Program-made: the position numbers and the translations under genes
Source of the DNA: Mobula hypostoma
Lineage: Eukaryota
Direction of reading: 5' to 3'
Assembly: GCF_963921235.1 (NCBI RefSeq)
Contig: NC_086097.1
Span: 119,724,001 to 119,788,000 of the forward strand
DNA length: 64,000 bases
Part shown: piece after piece, positions 26,876 to 39,960 of the stretch
Layout: each line of letters begins with the position of its first letter
Position numbering within the stretch: position 1 is the first letter of the stretch
Notes under the pieces: model-generated
Told to the model about the DNA's origin: nothing
The model's input: only the letters and a program-made list of their open reading frames with translations
The model's database searches: none

Positions 26876-27984
26876 AAGGCACTGATGAACCATGGTGATG
26901 TGTTGCCATCAGCTTACAAAACTTCTAAATATAATTCTGAACTACTTTCACTGTAATCTCCTGTAACTTCCCTTTAAGTAACATAATTTTGAACCGTCTT
27001 AACAATTTAGCAATTTCATGATGGACTGGACTGCTTATTTGTAGAAGCTGTGTTTTAGGATAAACCTTTTGTGGTGCTCAGTGTAACTATACTTGGAGTG
27101 AGACCAGAGGTTGTGGAATACAGTTCTGTGCAACACTAAACTGATTCCACAACCTATGGACTCACTTTTAAGTTCTGTATAACTCATGTACTCAATCTTT
27201 TCCATCCATCCATCCTTTTTATTTTTAATTTGCACTGTTGGTCTTCTGTTGCACATTAGTTTTTGTGTGTCATTTTTCACTGATTCTGCATTTCTCTATT
27301 TTGCTGCAAATGCCTGCAAAAAAACATGTCTCAGCATGGTATATGGCGACACAGATTCTTTGAAAGTAAAATTATTTTGATCTTTAAACTTTGAACTATA
27401 AACATGATGGTGGAGCAAACTCAATAACTGAGAAAGATAAGCCCGATATGGTTGTGACCATCTGCAACTGGAAGGGTCAAGTGGAAAAAACATCCTAGAA
27501 GGAGGCTGAGGAGTCCATCTTTGCTCCAGCTGGCCTTCATGGATTTGAACTACAGAAACCTTGACTAAGTAACCATTTGCCTATTTAATTTCATTGCCTG
27601 TTACAGTTCTGATAACATTTGATATTCACAGTGGGCTGCTTCTCAAAAGAACTAAGACACACTTGCTGTGTGTGATGAGAGAACAGAAATCCTTCAGTCC
27701 TGGAGAATGTGAGTCTCAGCAGAGAATACGGCAATCAATGATGACAACTAACAATAAAGGTACAAGTTGTGTAAGTTCTCTGTAAGCCAGTAGACACTCT
27801 AAGGAATTGTCAGTCATCCACATGACTCTAGCTGCTCAAGGATCTCTTGAAAGAAATGAATCAATTTAGCAAGACAGAGATAAGTGATAGGGAAGCAAGT
27901 ATAGTATTATGAGTCCCAATCCATACTCCGATCTAGATGAGATCTAGGAATAATATTAATGGCATCTATTCATGATATGTGGCT

Positions 27985-28215
27985 GGAAACAGAATGCAAT
28001 ACTGAGGCCTTATAAGGCATTGGTCAGACTGCATTTAGATTATTGTGAGCAATTCTGGGCCCTTATCTAATAAAGAATGTGCTGGCATTAGAGAGGGGTC
28101 TAGAGGAAATTCATGAGAACGATCCTGAGAATTAAAGTATTAATGTATGGGGAGTGTTTGATGGCTCAGGGTATGTACTCCCTGGAATTTAGAAGAATGA
28201 GGGGTACCTCATTGT
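27985..28215 (+). mobile_element. CR1 RT fragment
   Basis: tataaggcattggtcagactgcatttagattattgtgagcaattctgg (YKALVR.HLDYCEQFW). Confidence 0.65.
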
Positions 28216-29599
28216 CTTATGGTCTAACAAGAGGCCAGGAACATTCAAGATGAATTGAAAAAGGGAAGCTGGAAAAGAGGAGGAGCATAGCATCTGGTGA
28301 GACACGTGAAAACCAGAGAACGAGGCAGCCCTGAGACTGACACAGAAAGCCAAGACTGTCAAGAAAACCAAGCTAATGATATAGTGGTAGAGAAAGATCA
28401 CACAGAAAAAACAAAAAGTTTGCTTTTTCCACAGGTGATCCAAATTTTTATGTAGACTTGTGGATCATGCCCTGTAGATTATGTTTATTCCGTTAACAGT
28501 TTGAACATTACTACAATTCTGTTGAAATCAAAGCATATAAATTGAATTAGAGTTGGTCACTGTGTTTCTGTTAACTCGTACTGCAGTGTAAGTTTTTGAA
28601 TGTAAATATGTTACTTGTGTACAGCTTTATACTAATGTTATTATGCACCCACAGTATGTTATTAGAAATGTAATAAAACTTGTCAAGTTGATATCTTGAG
28701 TATGATTTGATTGGTTGTCCATTGTATCCAACAGTAACAGATTTTTGAAACCTCTTCAGCAGACTTTGAAAAGTAGAAAAGCCATTGCACGGGACACTTC
28801 CACTCTTTCAACCTTGGAAATCTTGGTCCGGTGGTAGAAGTGATCATAACAACTAGGGTCTGCTTTGGTTGCAGTTGATGACAATAACCACTTATGTGCC
28901 CTGTTATCTCCATGAAACATTGCAGAAATGCCTTCTAGGCTGTTGGATCTCATTGTTTTAACTAATCTGCCCAGTTCGCCTAAGTTTAATTCACATGCTA
29001 GAACAACGTTGTCACTACCTCGCCGAGCATGAGGCCCTCCGACTACCCTCACCTGGTTTAATTGGTCTGTCAAAGCTGTGCATTTACAAGTAATCTATGT
29101 TAAATTTTCAGATGCGTTGCTGAATTGCTGCAGTCTTTGCAATGTAGGCAGATGTCCTAGCCTTTCTCCTATGTCTTATGATCATATTTCCCTTGGACTT
29201 TGGGAGTGGAACTGCGATTGATAATGTCAGTGGGAATACGACCATTTGGAAGTTGCCTTCCAAGCTGCACACCATCTTGTCTCCGAAATATATTGCTCTT
29301 CCTTCACCATCACCCTGTCAAAACTTCTCAACTCCCTCACTAACAAAACTGTAGGCAAATCCACAGCTCAAGAGTTACAGTGGTTCAAGGCAGCAATTTA
29401 GGGATGGACAATTAAATGCTGGCTCAGCATGTGAAGGGCGATTTTGGCAAAATGCATGTAAGCACACATTTCTTTTCTTATGGTGTTTCAGGGCAACGTC
29501 CAATCAAGGCAGTTAACAAAACACCCAGCTGAGAGAACTGCTAAGATGTTGCTGAAACTTTGCCAATGTCTTCCTGAAAGTCTCAAGACATGTCTCATG

Positions 29600-30300
29600 G
29601 TTCCTGAACCAACATGGATAACTTCACTCGGCTCAAACCTGAACTGATTCCACATCCAATGGACTTGCTTTCAAGGACTCTACAACATATGCTCTGTTTT
29701 TCTTTTTGATTCACTTGTCTTCTATTGCACATTGGTTGATTGCCACCCTTTCTTTATGTAGACCTTTCATAAATTTTATTGTATATCTTTATTTTCCTGC
29801 AAATGGCTGCAAGAAAATAAATCTTAAGGTGATACATGGTGACATAACAGTATATGTAATCATTGAGCACATCTACATGAAACGTTGTCATAGAAAAGCA
29901 GCATCCATCAAAGATCCTCACCACCCAGGCCATGCTCTTTTCTCACTGCTGCCATCAGGTAGAAGGTACAGGAACTTCAGGACCTGCTCCACCAGGTTCA
30001 AGAAGTTACTACCCATCAACTATCAGGCTCTTCAACAAAAGATGATAACTACACTCATTCTATTTCTGGTGTTCCCACAACTGATGGTCTCACATTAAGG
30101 ACTCATCATCTTCTTGCTTATTGCTATTTATTTATATTTGCATTTGCACAGTTTGTTGTTCATGGATCCTGTTTACAATTGCTGCTCTAGAGATCTGCAG
30201 TGTATGCCCACAGAAAAAAAAAGGATCTCAGGGTTGAATGCAGTGGCATGTACGTAATCTGATATCAACTATTACTCTGAACGTACTTTGTTAATAGATT
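29600..30300 (+). mobile_element. Rex1/Babar 3' fragments
   Basis: KAASIKDPHHPGHALFSLLPSGRRYR plus repeated 3' UTR motif aaaatgaatctcaggg-like. Confidence 0.7.
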
Positions 30301-30779
30301 TACGTTGATGTACTTTCACTTTGATATTAATAATAGTCCTTAAATATAACAAATGTACAGTAGATGAAATTAATTGTGGATTTACATTGTGTTCATAATC
30401 CTAAACAAGAGATTGTTTACTCCCTGTGCCCCAGCAATTACTAGAAAGACTTTGTAATTCAATCTTTACAAACCAAAATGCACGTGGCTTCTTAACGTCA
30501 AGTTATTTGTCAATCACAATGTTCATTCCCAGCACTTCAATGTATTGAACAGAACCTAATCGCCATTGCACTTTAAAACACTAATGTTACTACTTCCAGC
30601 GCTCTTCAGCTTCTAAGTTATTTGAAGACTTTGGTGTCACTTACTGTTAGATGCTGATACTGAATGCACAATGATGGGATTTTTAAAACATAATTTTTCA
30701 TGAATGTAACCGGGTGATAATCTGGAGGAAGCCATTTGTAATTTCATTTACAAGTGGTAATTCTTGTACAGAATATCAG

Positions 30780-30965
30780 GGCAGTAGAGTAGAATAGCAG
30801 TTAGCACAATGCTATCACACTGATATGTGCAAGATCGAGGTTCGATTCCCACCGCTCCCTGTGACCATGTGGCTCTGGTTTCCTCTTGTATTTCAAAGAC
30901 TTACGGTTAGGATTAAGTGGCGGGCATGCTATGTTGGTGCTGGAAGGATTTCAATACTTGTGGGC
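30780..30965 (+). mobile_element. tRNA-derived SINE
   Basis: A-box-like tagcagttagc and B-box-like gggttcgattccc; related copies near 34830 and 42100. Confidence 0.55.
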
Positions 30966-31039
30966 TGTCTGGCACTATTCTTTCTGATTTCATTCAATTT
31001 GATAAAACACAAATAAAACCATATTCCAATACATTATCC

Positions 31040-31765
31040 TCCACAAATTCCACCATCTCCGAAGAGCTTTCTACTGGGATCACTCCCTCCAGGCACTTAT
31101 CCCTGCAAGTGGCCCAACTGGTACTGCTGCCCGTACACCTCTTCCCTCACCTCTGTTCAGGGTCCCAAGCCGTCCTTCTAGGTGATGCAGTCCTGCAAAT
31201 CTGCTGTGGTCATCTATTGTGTCCAATGCTCCTGATGTGTCCTCTTCTACATTGGCGAGATGCATTGTAAATTGGGAGACTGCTTCATCAAGCACCACCG
31301 CTCCATTTGCCACAAGCAGGACTTCCCTGTGGCCAAACATTTAAATTCCAAATCCCATTCAAATGTGTCGGTCCATGTCCTGCTCATGTCAGGGTAAAGG
31401 AGCAGTACTCTATATCCTGTTTGAGCAATTGTCAACCTGATAGCATGAGTATCGATATTCCTTCTGGTAATCAAATTCCCTCTGACCTTTTACCTCTTCT
31501 TACCCTGCCTATTACTTTTCCCAGGGTCGTCTCCTCCTTCCGTTTTTCCCCCCGTGTGGTCCACGCTCCTCTCCAGCCCTTGACATTTCCCACCCACCTG
31601 AATTCACCAATCACCTTCCATTTATCCTCCTTCCCCTCCCCACCACCTTTTTATTCTGGCATCTTCCCCCTTCCTACACAGTCTTGAGTAAAAGTTTGAG
31701 TCCAAAATGTCAACTATCTATCAATTTCCTTAGATGCTGCCTGACCTAGCAAGTTCCTCCAGCAT
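31040..31765 (+). mobile_element. Penelope-like element, decayed GIY-YIG region plus terminus
   Basis: VIYCVQCS*CVLFYIGE (GIY-YIG motif), PVAKHLNS, followed by the terminal repeat. Confidence 0.75.
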
Positions 31766-32590
31766 TTGGCAGATGGAGTTTAATGCTGAAAAATGTGAGG
31801 TGCTATATTTTGGTAGGACTAATCAAAATAGGACATACATGATAAATGGTAGGGCATTGAAGAATGCTATAGGACAGAGGGATCTAGGAATAATGGTGCG
31901 TAGTTCCCTGAAGGTGGAATCTCATGTGGATAGGGTGGTGAAGAAAGCTTTTGGTATGCTGGCCTTTATTAATCAGAGCATTGAGTACAGGAGTTGGGAT
32001 GTAATGTTGAAATTGTATAAGGCATTGGTAAGGCCAAATTTGGAGTACTGTGTACAGTTCTGGTCACCGAATTATAGGAAAGATGTCAATAAAATTGAGA
32101 GAGTACAGAGGAAATTTACTAAAATGTTGCCTGGGTTTCATCTCCTAAGTTACGGAGAAAGGTTGAACAAGTTAGGTCTTTATTCTTTGGAGCATAGAAG
32201 GTTGAGGGGGGACTTGATAGAGGTGTTTAAAATTATGAGAGGGGTTGATAGTTTGATGTGGATAGGCTTTTTCCATTGAGATTGGGGGAGATTCAAACAA
32301 GAGGACATGAGTTGAGAGCTAAAGGGCAAAAGTTTAGGGGTAACATGAGGGGGAACATTTTTACTCAGAGAGTGGCAGCTGAGTGGAACGAGATTCCAGC
32401 AGAAGTGGTTGAGGCAGGTTCGATGTTGTCGTTTAAAGTTAAATTGGACAGCTATATGCACAGGAAAGGAATGGAGGGTTATGTGCCGAGTGCAGGTCAG
32501 TGGGACTAGGTGAAAATAAGAGTTCGGCATGGACTAGAAGGGCCGAGATGGCCTGTTTCCGTGCTGTAATTGTTATATGGTTATATATAT
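31766..32590 (+). mobile_element. CR1 LINE 3' end
   Basis: WQMEFNAEKCEV, RPNLEYCVQFWSP, RGDLIEVFKI; same subfamily and tail as 61535-63925. Confidence 0.92.
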
Positions 32591-34170
32591 TTTATGTGGT
32601 GTTGCTTTGAATTCCCAGCATTTGCAAATGTTGTGTTTATAATTTCACTGTTTGTTTCAATGCACATGTGTCAAATAAAGCTAATCAGTTTTTGTTTTAC
32701 ATTTTTAAGTTTTTCCCATCTTAGGAGCAAATATTCACATAAAAGCATGTTCTCTCCCAAGACTTGAACAAGAAACTTCATTTTTTTTTCTCTTTCGCAA
32801 ACGCATTTCACAAAAAGAAATGGAAAAGTGCAGGAAAAAATCAGAAGGAAATTACTGGGTAAATTATGAGTATAATCATCAACAACCCTAAGCAACAGCG
32901 AATGTAGAAACAATTTACCCACTGAGATTGTCAAATATGGCTAACCCGCGTTTCAATAACAGCAACATATTGCCAGAGAAATGCTTATTATTCTGCAAAG
33001 CTGCCATGATGTCTTCCAGTGGGGTGTTGCAGCCATTCCAATAAACCATGTTCAAATATATTATTGTTTAAATCAAATAAGACTCCTAGGAACTCCAAAA
33101 GAAATTGTTTTGCAGCCCGCAGAGTGGAAGTGTGGCTCTGAACAGAATTATTAATTCCATTTGAAGGAAGTTTCATGATGGCAACATCTTCAATCTACTT
33201 AAATTTTATAGAGTTTTTAAAAATTATGATGAGTTGGAAGGAAATAGATAGAGACAGATTATTTGCAGTGACTGTGTTGCTTCGATTTAAGAGGATGCCA
33301 AAATCAAGAATAAATGCAAAATGTTAGGACTGGAGAACAAAAGAAAATCATTTTTTTTTTTAAACACAGTAGACTGTGAGACTGAATGATGGATGTTTGT
33401 GCATAGGAAAGAAATTGTACATACTGAAGTTAAGAGATTTTGGAACATAGAGACTCATGAAGTGCGCAAAATTTTGAATACTGGTTGGATTGAGACAATC
33501 AACACTGATCACTAAATGGCCTCTTCCCATGTGTTAATCTTAATAAAATGACAAAGTTATAAACTCTGCCTTTGCGTGAGCTCAGTTTTCATTTTGTTTA
33601 AAACATTCTAGAATAAAGGTCTGTGTTTGAGTAAAATATCGGCCACCATACTTCCGGCATTTAGTGTTGCTAGGACATATTCTGGTCTCAGTTGCTGAAG
33701 TTGATATTTTGCTATACACCTTAACTTCAGTAACCAATTTTTTTGACCTGAACATGGACTGTAGATTAAATTTAAAATGCGTCCCTGGATATTAGATTCC
33801 TGGAGCTGTGTTAAAAGCAGTTAATTGAAAAACCAGACAATGCTGATTGATATTCATTTTGGATGTCTGGAGAGTGGGTGCAAAGGAGGCAGTATAAATG
33901 TTGAATGTAATTCAAAAGAGGCATTGCAGAAACATTGTAAACATTGAATTGTCTGTTGATCTTTAGCATACACAATGTTATGCAATATTGGTTTCAAGAG
34001 ACCACTTCCATCAGAGACCGTCTTATTTGTCGAATAATTGACTACTTTATATCTACCAGCTGCTCCTCTCCGGTGATTTTGTTCACATTTCAACAAGTAA
34101 GTTTGTACAGCTAAGCTTAAATAGATTTTGATAATATTTTATTTGGAATATAGTATATTTTCAACAATTA

Positions 34171-34302
34171 CAGCATTGTGCAAAAGTCTTAAATTATCTC
34201 TATACATATATATTATATACATTTTCATTTTACATATATATATACACACACACTTACATATATAAATTGTGCTAGGATATGCAAGCCTTTAGCACTGTAC
34301 TG
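34171..34302. mobile_element. Tc1/mariner-like MITE
   Basis: TA-flanked imperfect TIRs cagcattgtgcaaaagtctta / aagcctttagcactgtactg; shorter copy at about 34698-34761. Confidence 0.5.
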
Positions 34303-35134
34303 TATTTGACAATGTGGATTGGAAAGGGATTTTGTAAATTTGGCGAGAGCAAAGGATGTTTGGAATGGTGAGGGCGGAGTGCAGCGGAAGGGGTGTGGGA
34401 CGTTGGCAGAGAAGGAGTGTCGGGGTGGGGAGGGGTGGCATGGGTGCAGACACACCCAGCCCTGAGATACTGGACAAGGTTATTTGATTCCAAACAATTT
34501 ATTGATCATTACAGAATGTTTTCCTGGTGCTTCCTGCTCCCTACCTCTTTTCTTAACCATGATTCCCTTCTCTCTGCCCCCTTCCCACTCTCAATCCACA
34601 ATAGAGACCCGTATCTGAATCAGGTTTATCATCACTCACATATGTCATGAAGTTTGGTTTCTGCAGCAGAAGTACAGTGTAATACATAAAATTACTACAG
34701 TACTATGTAAAACTTCTTAGGCACTCTAGCTATATGTGCCTAACATTGTTGTACAGTCCTATAAATCATAATATTTTGCAAGCTTTATTTTGTATATACT
34801 TTTGTATTATTAATGATACAAGTTGGATAACATGATAGCATAGCAGTTAGTGCAATGCTTTACAGTGCCAGCTGCACATTTGGGGTTTTATTTCCACATC
34901 TATCTGCAAGGAGTTGTACATTCTCATGGCGACTGCATGAGTTTCCTCTGACTGCTCCCTTTCATCCCAAATTATAAAGGCGGTAGGATCTCCAGCTTTG
35001 AAATCTGAATTACCTCAGTCATTGGATAGGTCATATTATTCACATGCCTATCAACAGATTCCCAAAGCAGGCATTCTATTCGAATCTGCTATGAGATGAT
35101 ATTACAAAGCCGACTGAGGAAAAGATTCACAGAT

Positions 35135-35460
35135 ATGCTCAAGGTCTCCCTGGTAAAGTACAACATCCCCACAGACTCTTAGAAATTCCTGACCTATACT
35201 CACTCAAAATGAAGCAGCAACATTGGGATATCATGGAGGATTTTGTACATTAGAAACACACACAAGACTTATTTAAGTGCTATCAGGAGTGGACCACATC
35301 ATAATCTACTAATCCATTCCACCAGCATTGCAACACCATCTGCAGAGGAGTCTCTGGTACTCACATTGGCATCATCAGTACCTCTGAAGCCACAAACCTG
35401 CTGCAGAAGAGTCATCCTCATTTCCAACTCCAAGAGGTAGAAAGTCACTAACAGGACAGT
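35135..35460 (+). mobile_element. Old RTE-like 3' fragment
   Basis: ctcaaggtctccctg..tgcagaagagtcatcctcatttcc resembles the 3' region of the RTE at 1582-2350. Confidence 0.4.
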
Positions 35461-36049
35461 TTATGATCACTTTGTTGAGCTCCATTCTAGATAGAACACC
35501 CATACCGCTCTCAATTTGCCTTCCTTCTGGAGTTATCCAGCTACTAAGTTCTCTCCCGAATAAATATTCAAATCCAAATGACTTTTTTTTCCTTCTTTGC
35601 TCACAAAGAATAGTGAAACTTATTGTTTTGTGACAGAAATACAGTGTAATAAGATGTACAGTTGCTGCTTGACCTGCTAAATATTTCCAGAGTTTTCTGT
35701 TGATATTAAAACTCACAATTTACATTGTCAGGCTTATTCTGCATTCCCTACACACTAATTTCCTCCAGCCCTTGATCTTCCTAAAAGCATTATATTTCTT
35801 CAAATTCTGACCTCTTCATCATCCCATTTTAATTATAATTCATAAATGAAAATTAAGCAGAACAACATTTGAAGGTAATAAAAACTTGCTAGACAACTGA
35901 AGTAAGATACAAAAGCCGTAACCTTATAAGTAAAAGTATACAGAATAGAAGAATGAATGCATTAAGTATTACTAGATCAAACTCAACCATTGTAAAGTAT
36001 TCCATTTCCAGCATCACACTTGTCAGCTTATTGTAAGAAGTACCTAAAG

Positions 36050-37365
36050 ATTTTCTTTAGTGAGTGTTGTTGGGAGGAGAATTGAAGGGACCTGCATTTA
36101 CTTGGAAATGCAGCGATTGATTAGGAGGAGACAACATGGTTTTGTACAGACAAGATCATCTCTCACAAATCTGATTGAGATTTTTTTGGAGGCACCAAGA
36201 AGGTAGATGTGTCAACATGGACTTCAGTAAAGTTTTTGACATGGTCCTACGTGATAAGTTGGTCAAAAGGGCTAAGGCACAATGCAAAAGTGTATTATTG
36301 ATTGGAATTGTGCACCACAGGGATTGATGCTGTATCATTGCTGTTCATTGATGACTTGGATATGAATGTAGGGAGCATAATTAGCAACTTTGCAGACAAC
36401 ATGAAAATTGGTAGCGTTGTAGATAATGAAGTAGATGCTTAAAGATGGAACAGGACACAGAAAGCTGGAAAATAGTGCAGGGTACTGGGTGCTGGAATTT
36501 AATCAAGACAAGTGTGACAAATTTTGGGAGATCAACTTCTGTCAAGACATATAGAGTAAACGGCAGATGCCTTAACAGTGATAGAGTACAGAAGGAGTTT
36601 GGGGTGGAAGTGCAGATATGATAGCAAAGAAGGGCCTGTATTCTGCTGTACTATTCTATGTTCTATGTTTTATGTATGCTTGCATTCAGAGGCTGAAGCA
36701 GTGAGTACAACTGCTGGAACATCATGTTGCAGTTGTAAAAACCATTGATTAAACTGCATGTAGAGTAATGTTTAGAGTATTTCATACTGCACATGTCATG
36801 GAGAGGACAGAAGAGATTCACCAGGATGCTGCCTGGAATGGAGAGCTGCAGTATTAAAGAGAAATTGGAGAGATTAGATTTATTCTCATTGGAATGTAGG
36901 AGGCTGAGCAGTTACTTTAGTGGATGATAACATTTTGAAAGGTGTAAATTGGATAGATAGAAAGACTCCCTTTTCCTAGGGCAAGAAGTCTAGAACTAGA
37001 GGGTGCATGTTTAAGGGGGGGGTGAGGAGAGGTGGGGGAGGAGAGGGGGGGGAGATGGGGAAGGGGGGAAGGGGGGAAGGGGGGAGGGGGAAGGGGGAAG
37101 GGGAAGGGGGGAAGGGGGGAGAGATCTAAAGAAAATTTTAAGGTTAAGTTTTCACACCAAGGATGGTGAATATTTGGAGTGAGCTGCCAGAGGAATTTGT
37201 GGAGGCAGATGCTGTTGCACTACTTAAAGGACATTTGAACAGGTACTTGGAGAGAAAAGGAGTAGATGGATATGGTCATAATACAGCCAAATGGGATTAG
37301 CATCAAGTTTGGCATGGATGTGATAGGTTATAAGAGTTGGCTTCTGTATTTCTATTATTCTATTC
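36050..37365 (+). mobile_element. Old CR1 3' half
   Basis: QHGFV, MDFSKVFDMV, NFADNMKIG, RFTRMLPG remnants; tail ttctattattctatt. Confidence 0.75.
37014..37123 (+). repeat. Polypurine (G)nAA simple repeat
   Basis: ggggaaggggggaaggggggaagggggg... almost entirely G/A. Confidence 0.9.
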
Positions 37366-37744
37366 CAAGATTAAATAAATTCAGATGTATAGAGACGAGA
37401 GAAGCTATGGATCCTTCTTCCTTGGTTCCCCCACTTCAGTCCCATCGCACCATTACGTACTCCAGGCTGACAATACAGAAGAATTTATGGAATGTTGGAG
37501 CATACCATAATTCAGATGAATGCTTAAGATGTCTACCTTCTCGTGGAATGCAAGTGCTTCAACTTAATTATCCTGGTAGATATTTGTTCCTTAACTAATC
37601 TCATTCAACCAATTAGCTGCTTTTTATTACACTACTGATTGGGGCTTTTACTTGATGAGAACTTTTCAGCTTCTAACAAGGTAACAGTGACAACACTTTA
37701 TATGTGAATTTGTTGTGATTTATGTATAAATGTATGTAGAACTA

Positions 37745-38190
37745 CAAAATATCTGTAGAAGTTTATATACATGTACCAGGGAGAGATTTTTGACTGGTTT
37801 CATCACTGTCTGGTATGGAGGCACTAATGCACAGGATCGGAAAAAGCTGCACAGGGTTGTAAACTCTGTCAGCTCCATCATGAACACTAGGCTCCCCACC
37901 ATCAAGGACATCTGCAATAGGCAATGCCCCAAGAAGGAGGCATCCATCATTTAAGGACCCTCACCATCCAGCATAAACCATTTCCTCATTGATCCCACCA
38001 GGCAGAAGACGCAGGGACCCAAAGACACACAGCTTCACTGTCTGCACCATCAGACTTCTGAATGGATCATGAACACTACCTCATTTTTTGCAAGACTTGT
38101 TTTAAAAATAACTCCTGTTGTAACTTACAGAAATGTTTTATAAATTTCATGATACATTTCAGTGATAATAAATCCACTTCTGAGTTTGAT
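37745..38190 (+). mobile_element. Rex1/Babar 3' fragment
   Basis: LTGFITVWYGGTNAQDRKKLHRVVNS..KEASII. Confidence 0.7.
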
Positions 38191-38246
38191 CAGAAATTCT
38201 TCATGACAGAGGTTTTGTGACATCCTAAGGCCATGACAGGAATATA

Positions 38247-38785
38247 CATTGAATGACCACTTTATTAGGCACCACTGAGAATATGTCTGTGGCCTTTTGC
38301 TGCTGTGCCCATCCACTTCAAGATTCAATGTGTTGGGTATTAACAGATGCTCTCCTACACCCCACTGTTCCAATGGATGGTTAGTTGAATTACTGTCACC
38401 CGCCTGTCAGCTTGATCCAGTCAGTCTGGCCATTTTCTTCTGACCTCCGTCATTAACAATTCTCACCACAGAACTGCCGTTCACTGGATATTTTAAACTG
38501 CTTTCTCACACTATTCTCTGTAAACTCTGGAAACAATTGTGTGTGAAAATTCCAGGAGATCAGCAGTGTCTGAGATACTCAAACCACTCCGTCTGGCAAT
38601 AATTCAATGGTCAAAATCACCTAGATCACATATATCTTCCCCATTCTGATGTTTGGTCCGAACAGCAACTCAACCTCTTGACCATGTGCGTTTATGCATT
38701 GAGCTGCTGCCGCATGATTGGTTAACTAGATATTTGCATTAACCAGCAAGTATACAGGTGTACCTAACAAAGTAACCTCTGAGTG
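38247..38785. mobile_element. Non-autonomous Tc1-like element
   Basis: TA-flanked imperfect TIRs cattgaatgaccactttattaggcacc / ggtgtacctaacaaagtaacctctgagtg. Confidence 0.65.
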
Positions 38786-38804
38786 TAGAATTTCCATAGG
38801 CTTA

Positions 38805-39374
38805 CTCTGTTGTTGTTGTTCGTCCATCGTACGTCGAAGAGGACCTCGACACCATTATTGATGGTGTTGAGACGAGCGCGTGACTTGGATTTAAGTGAGG
38901 GAGAGTTGCGCAGCGTCAGCCTCACTCTCTCTTCCCAATTCCCATCTGGATCCAGTGGCAAGACAGAGTCGAGATGGCTGGAGATGGGACTAGGCGCAGT
39001 GGATGACCAGGACGTCTTCTGTGTCTTGTCCTGCTCTACACGTTCCACGACGCTTGCAGAGACTGCGTTCTTGACCGTTGGACCTTCCATTGGTCTCGTC
39101 CGCTCAATCCGCCAGAGTCTGTCTTCACATGCTGGGATAGACAACTCCCTATCTCACCGAGGGTTTGAGACCCGTCAGCTACCCTCACCTGGTTTAGCCG
39201 GCTGTCGAAGCCATTGCCCGGGGTGTGGCTGCTGTCGCATGCAAACAGCTACGGGGAGCCACAGGTGAGAGCTGAGTACCAGGTGGGGACCAAAGGTGGA
39301 CTAACTGCCTTGAAAAGGACGCGACATGTTACCCTGCCAGAGGTGCTACCCCTCCCTGACACCCCATACACCCC
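38805..39374 (-). mobile_element. Non-autonomous RTE-mobilised retroposon (bipartite)
   Basis: 3' tail ..tcttcgacgtacgatggacgaacaacaac matches the RTE tail at 1582-1625; 7-bp TSD aggctta (38798-38804, 39375-39381); no RT sequence. Confidence 0.75.
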
Positions 39375-39514
39375 AGGCTTAACCTAACCAGCTGATGATT
39401 TCAATACATTTTCATAACATCCTTGAAAAACAGAAGTTAACACCATTTCTCTTGAACTTTCAGAAATCCTTTTCATTAGTTATAGTGCACAATTGAAAGG
39501 AATGCTTAAATCTA

Positions 39515-39960
39515 AAGCAACACACACAAAATGCTGGAGGATCTCAGCAGGTTAGGCAGCATCTATGGGACTGAATAAACAGTTGATATTTTGAGCCGAG
39601 ACTATTCTTCAGGATTGAAAAGGACAGGGGAGGACACCAGAATAAAATGGTTGGGGGGAGGGGAAGGGAAAGGAGGATTGTTAGAAGATGATATGCAAAG
39701 CTAGGTGGGTTGGAAAGGTAAAGTGCTGGAGAAGAAGGAAACTGATAGGAGAGGAGAGTGGATCATTAGAAAAATAGAGGGAGAACAGGACATAGGGGGA
39801 GGTGTTAGAGAAGTGAGAGGCTAGAGTGGGGAATAAAAGAAGAGGGGGTGAGAGATATTTTTTTTTAACTGGAAGGAGAAATCGATATTCATGCCATCAG
39901 GTTGGAGGCGGAATCCAAAGTGTTGTTCCTCCACCCCGAGGGAGGACTCACCATGGCACA
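39515..39960 (-). mobile_element. Penelope-like 3' fragment
   Basis: Homologous to 15465-16062 (gccatcaggttggagg..tgttgttcctcca and terminus). Confidence 0.7.

Noticed and set aside
38764..39268. Overlapping 126-aa and 152-aa ORFs
   Set aside because: Chance open frames in a GC-rich non-coding retroposon; the minus-strand frame runs through the (CAA)n tail into flanking DNA.
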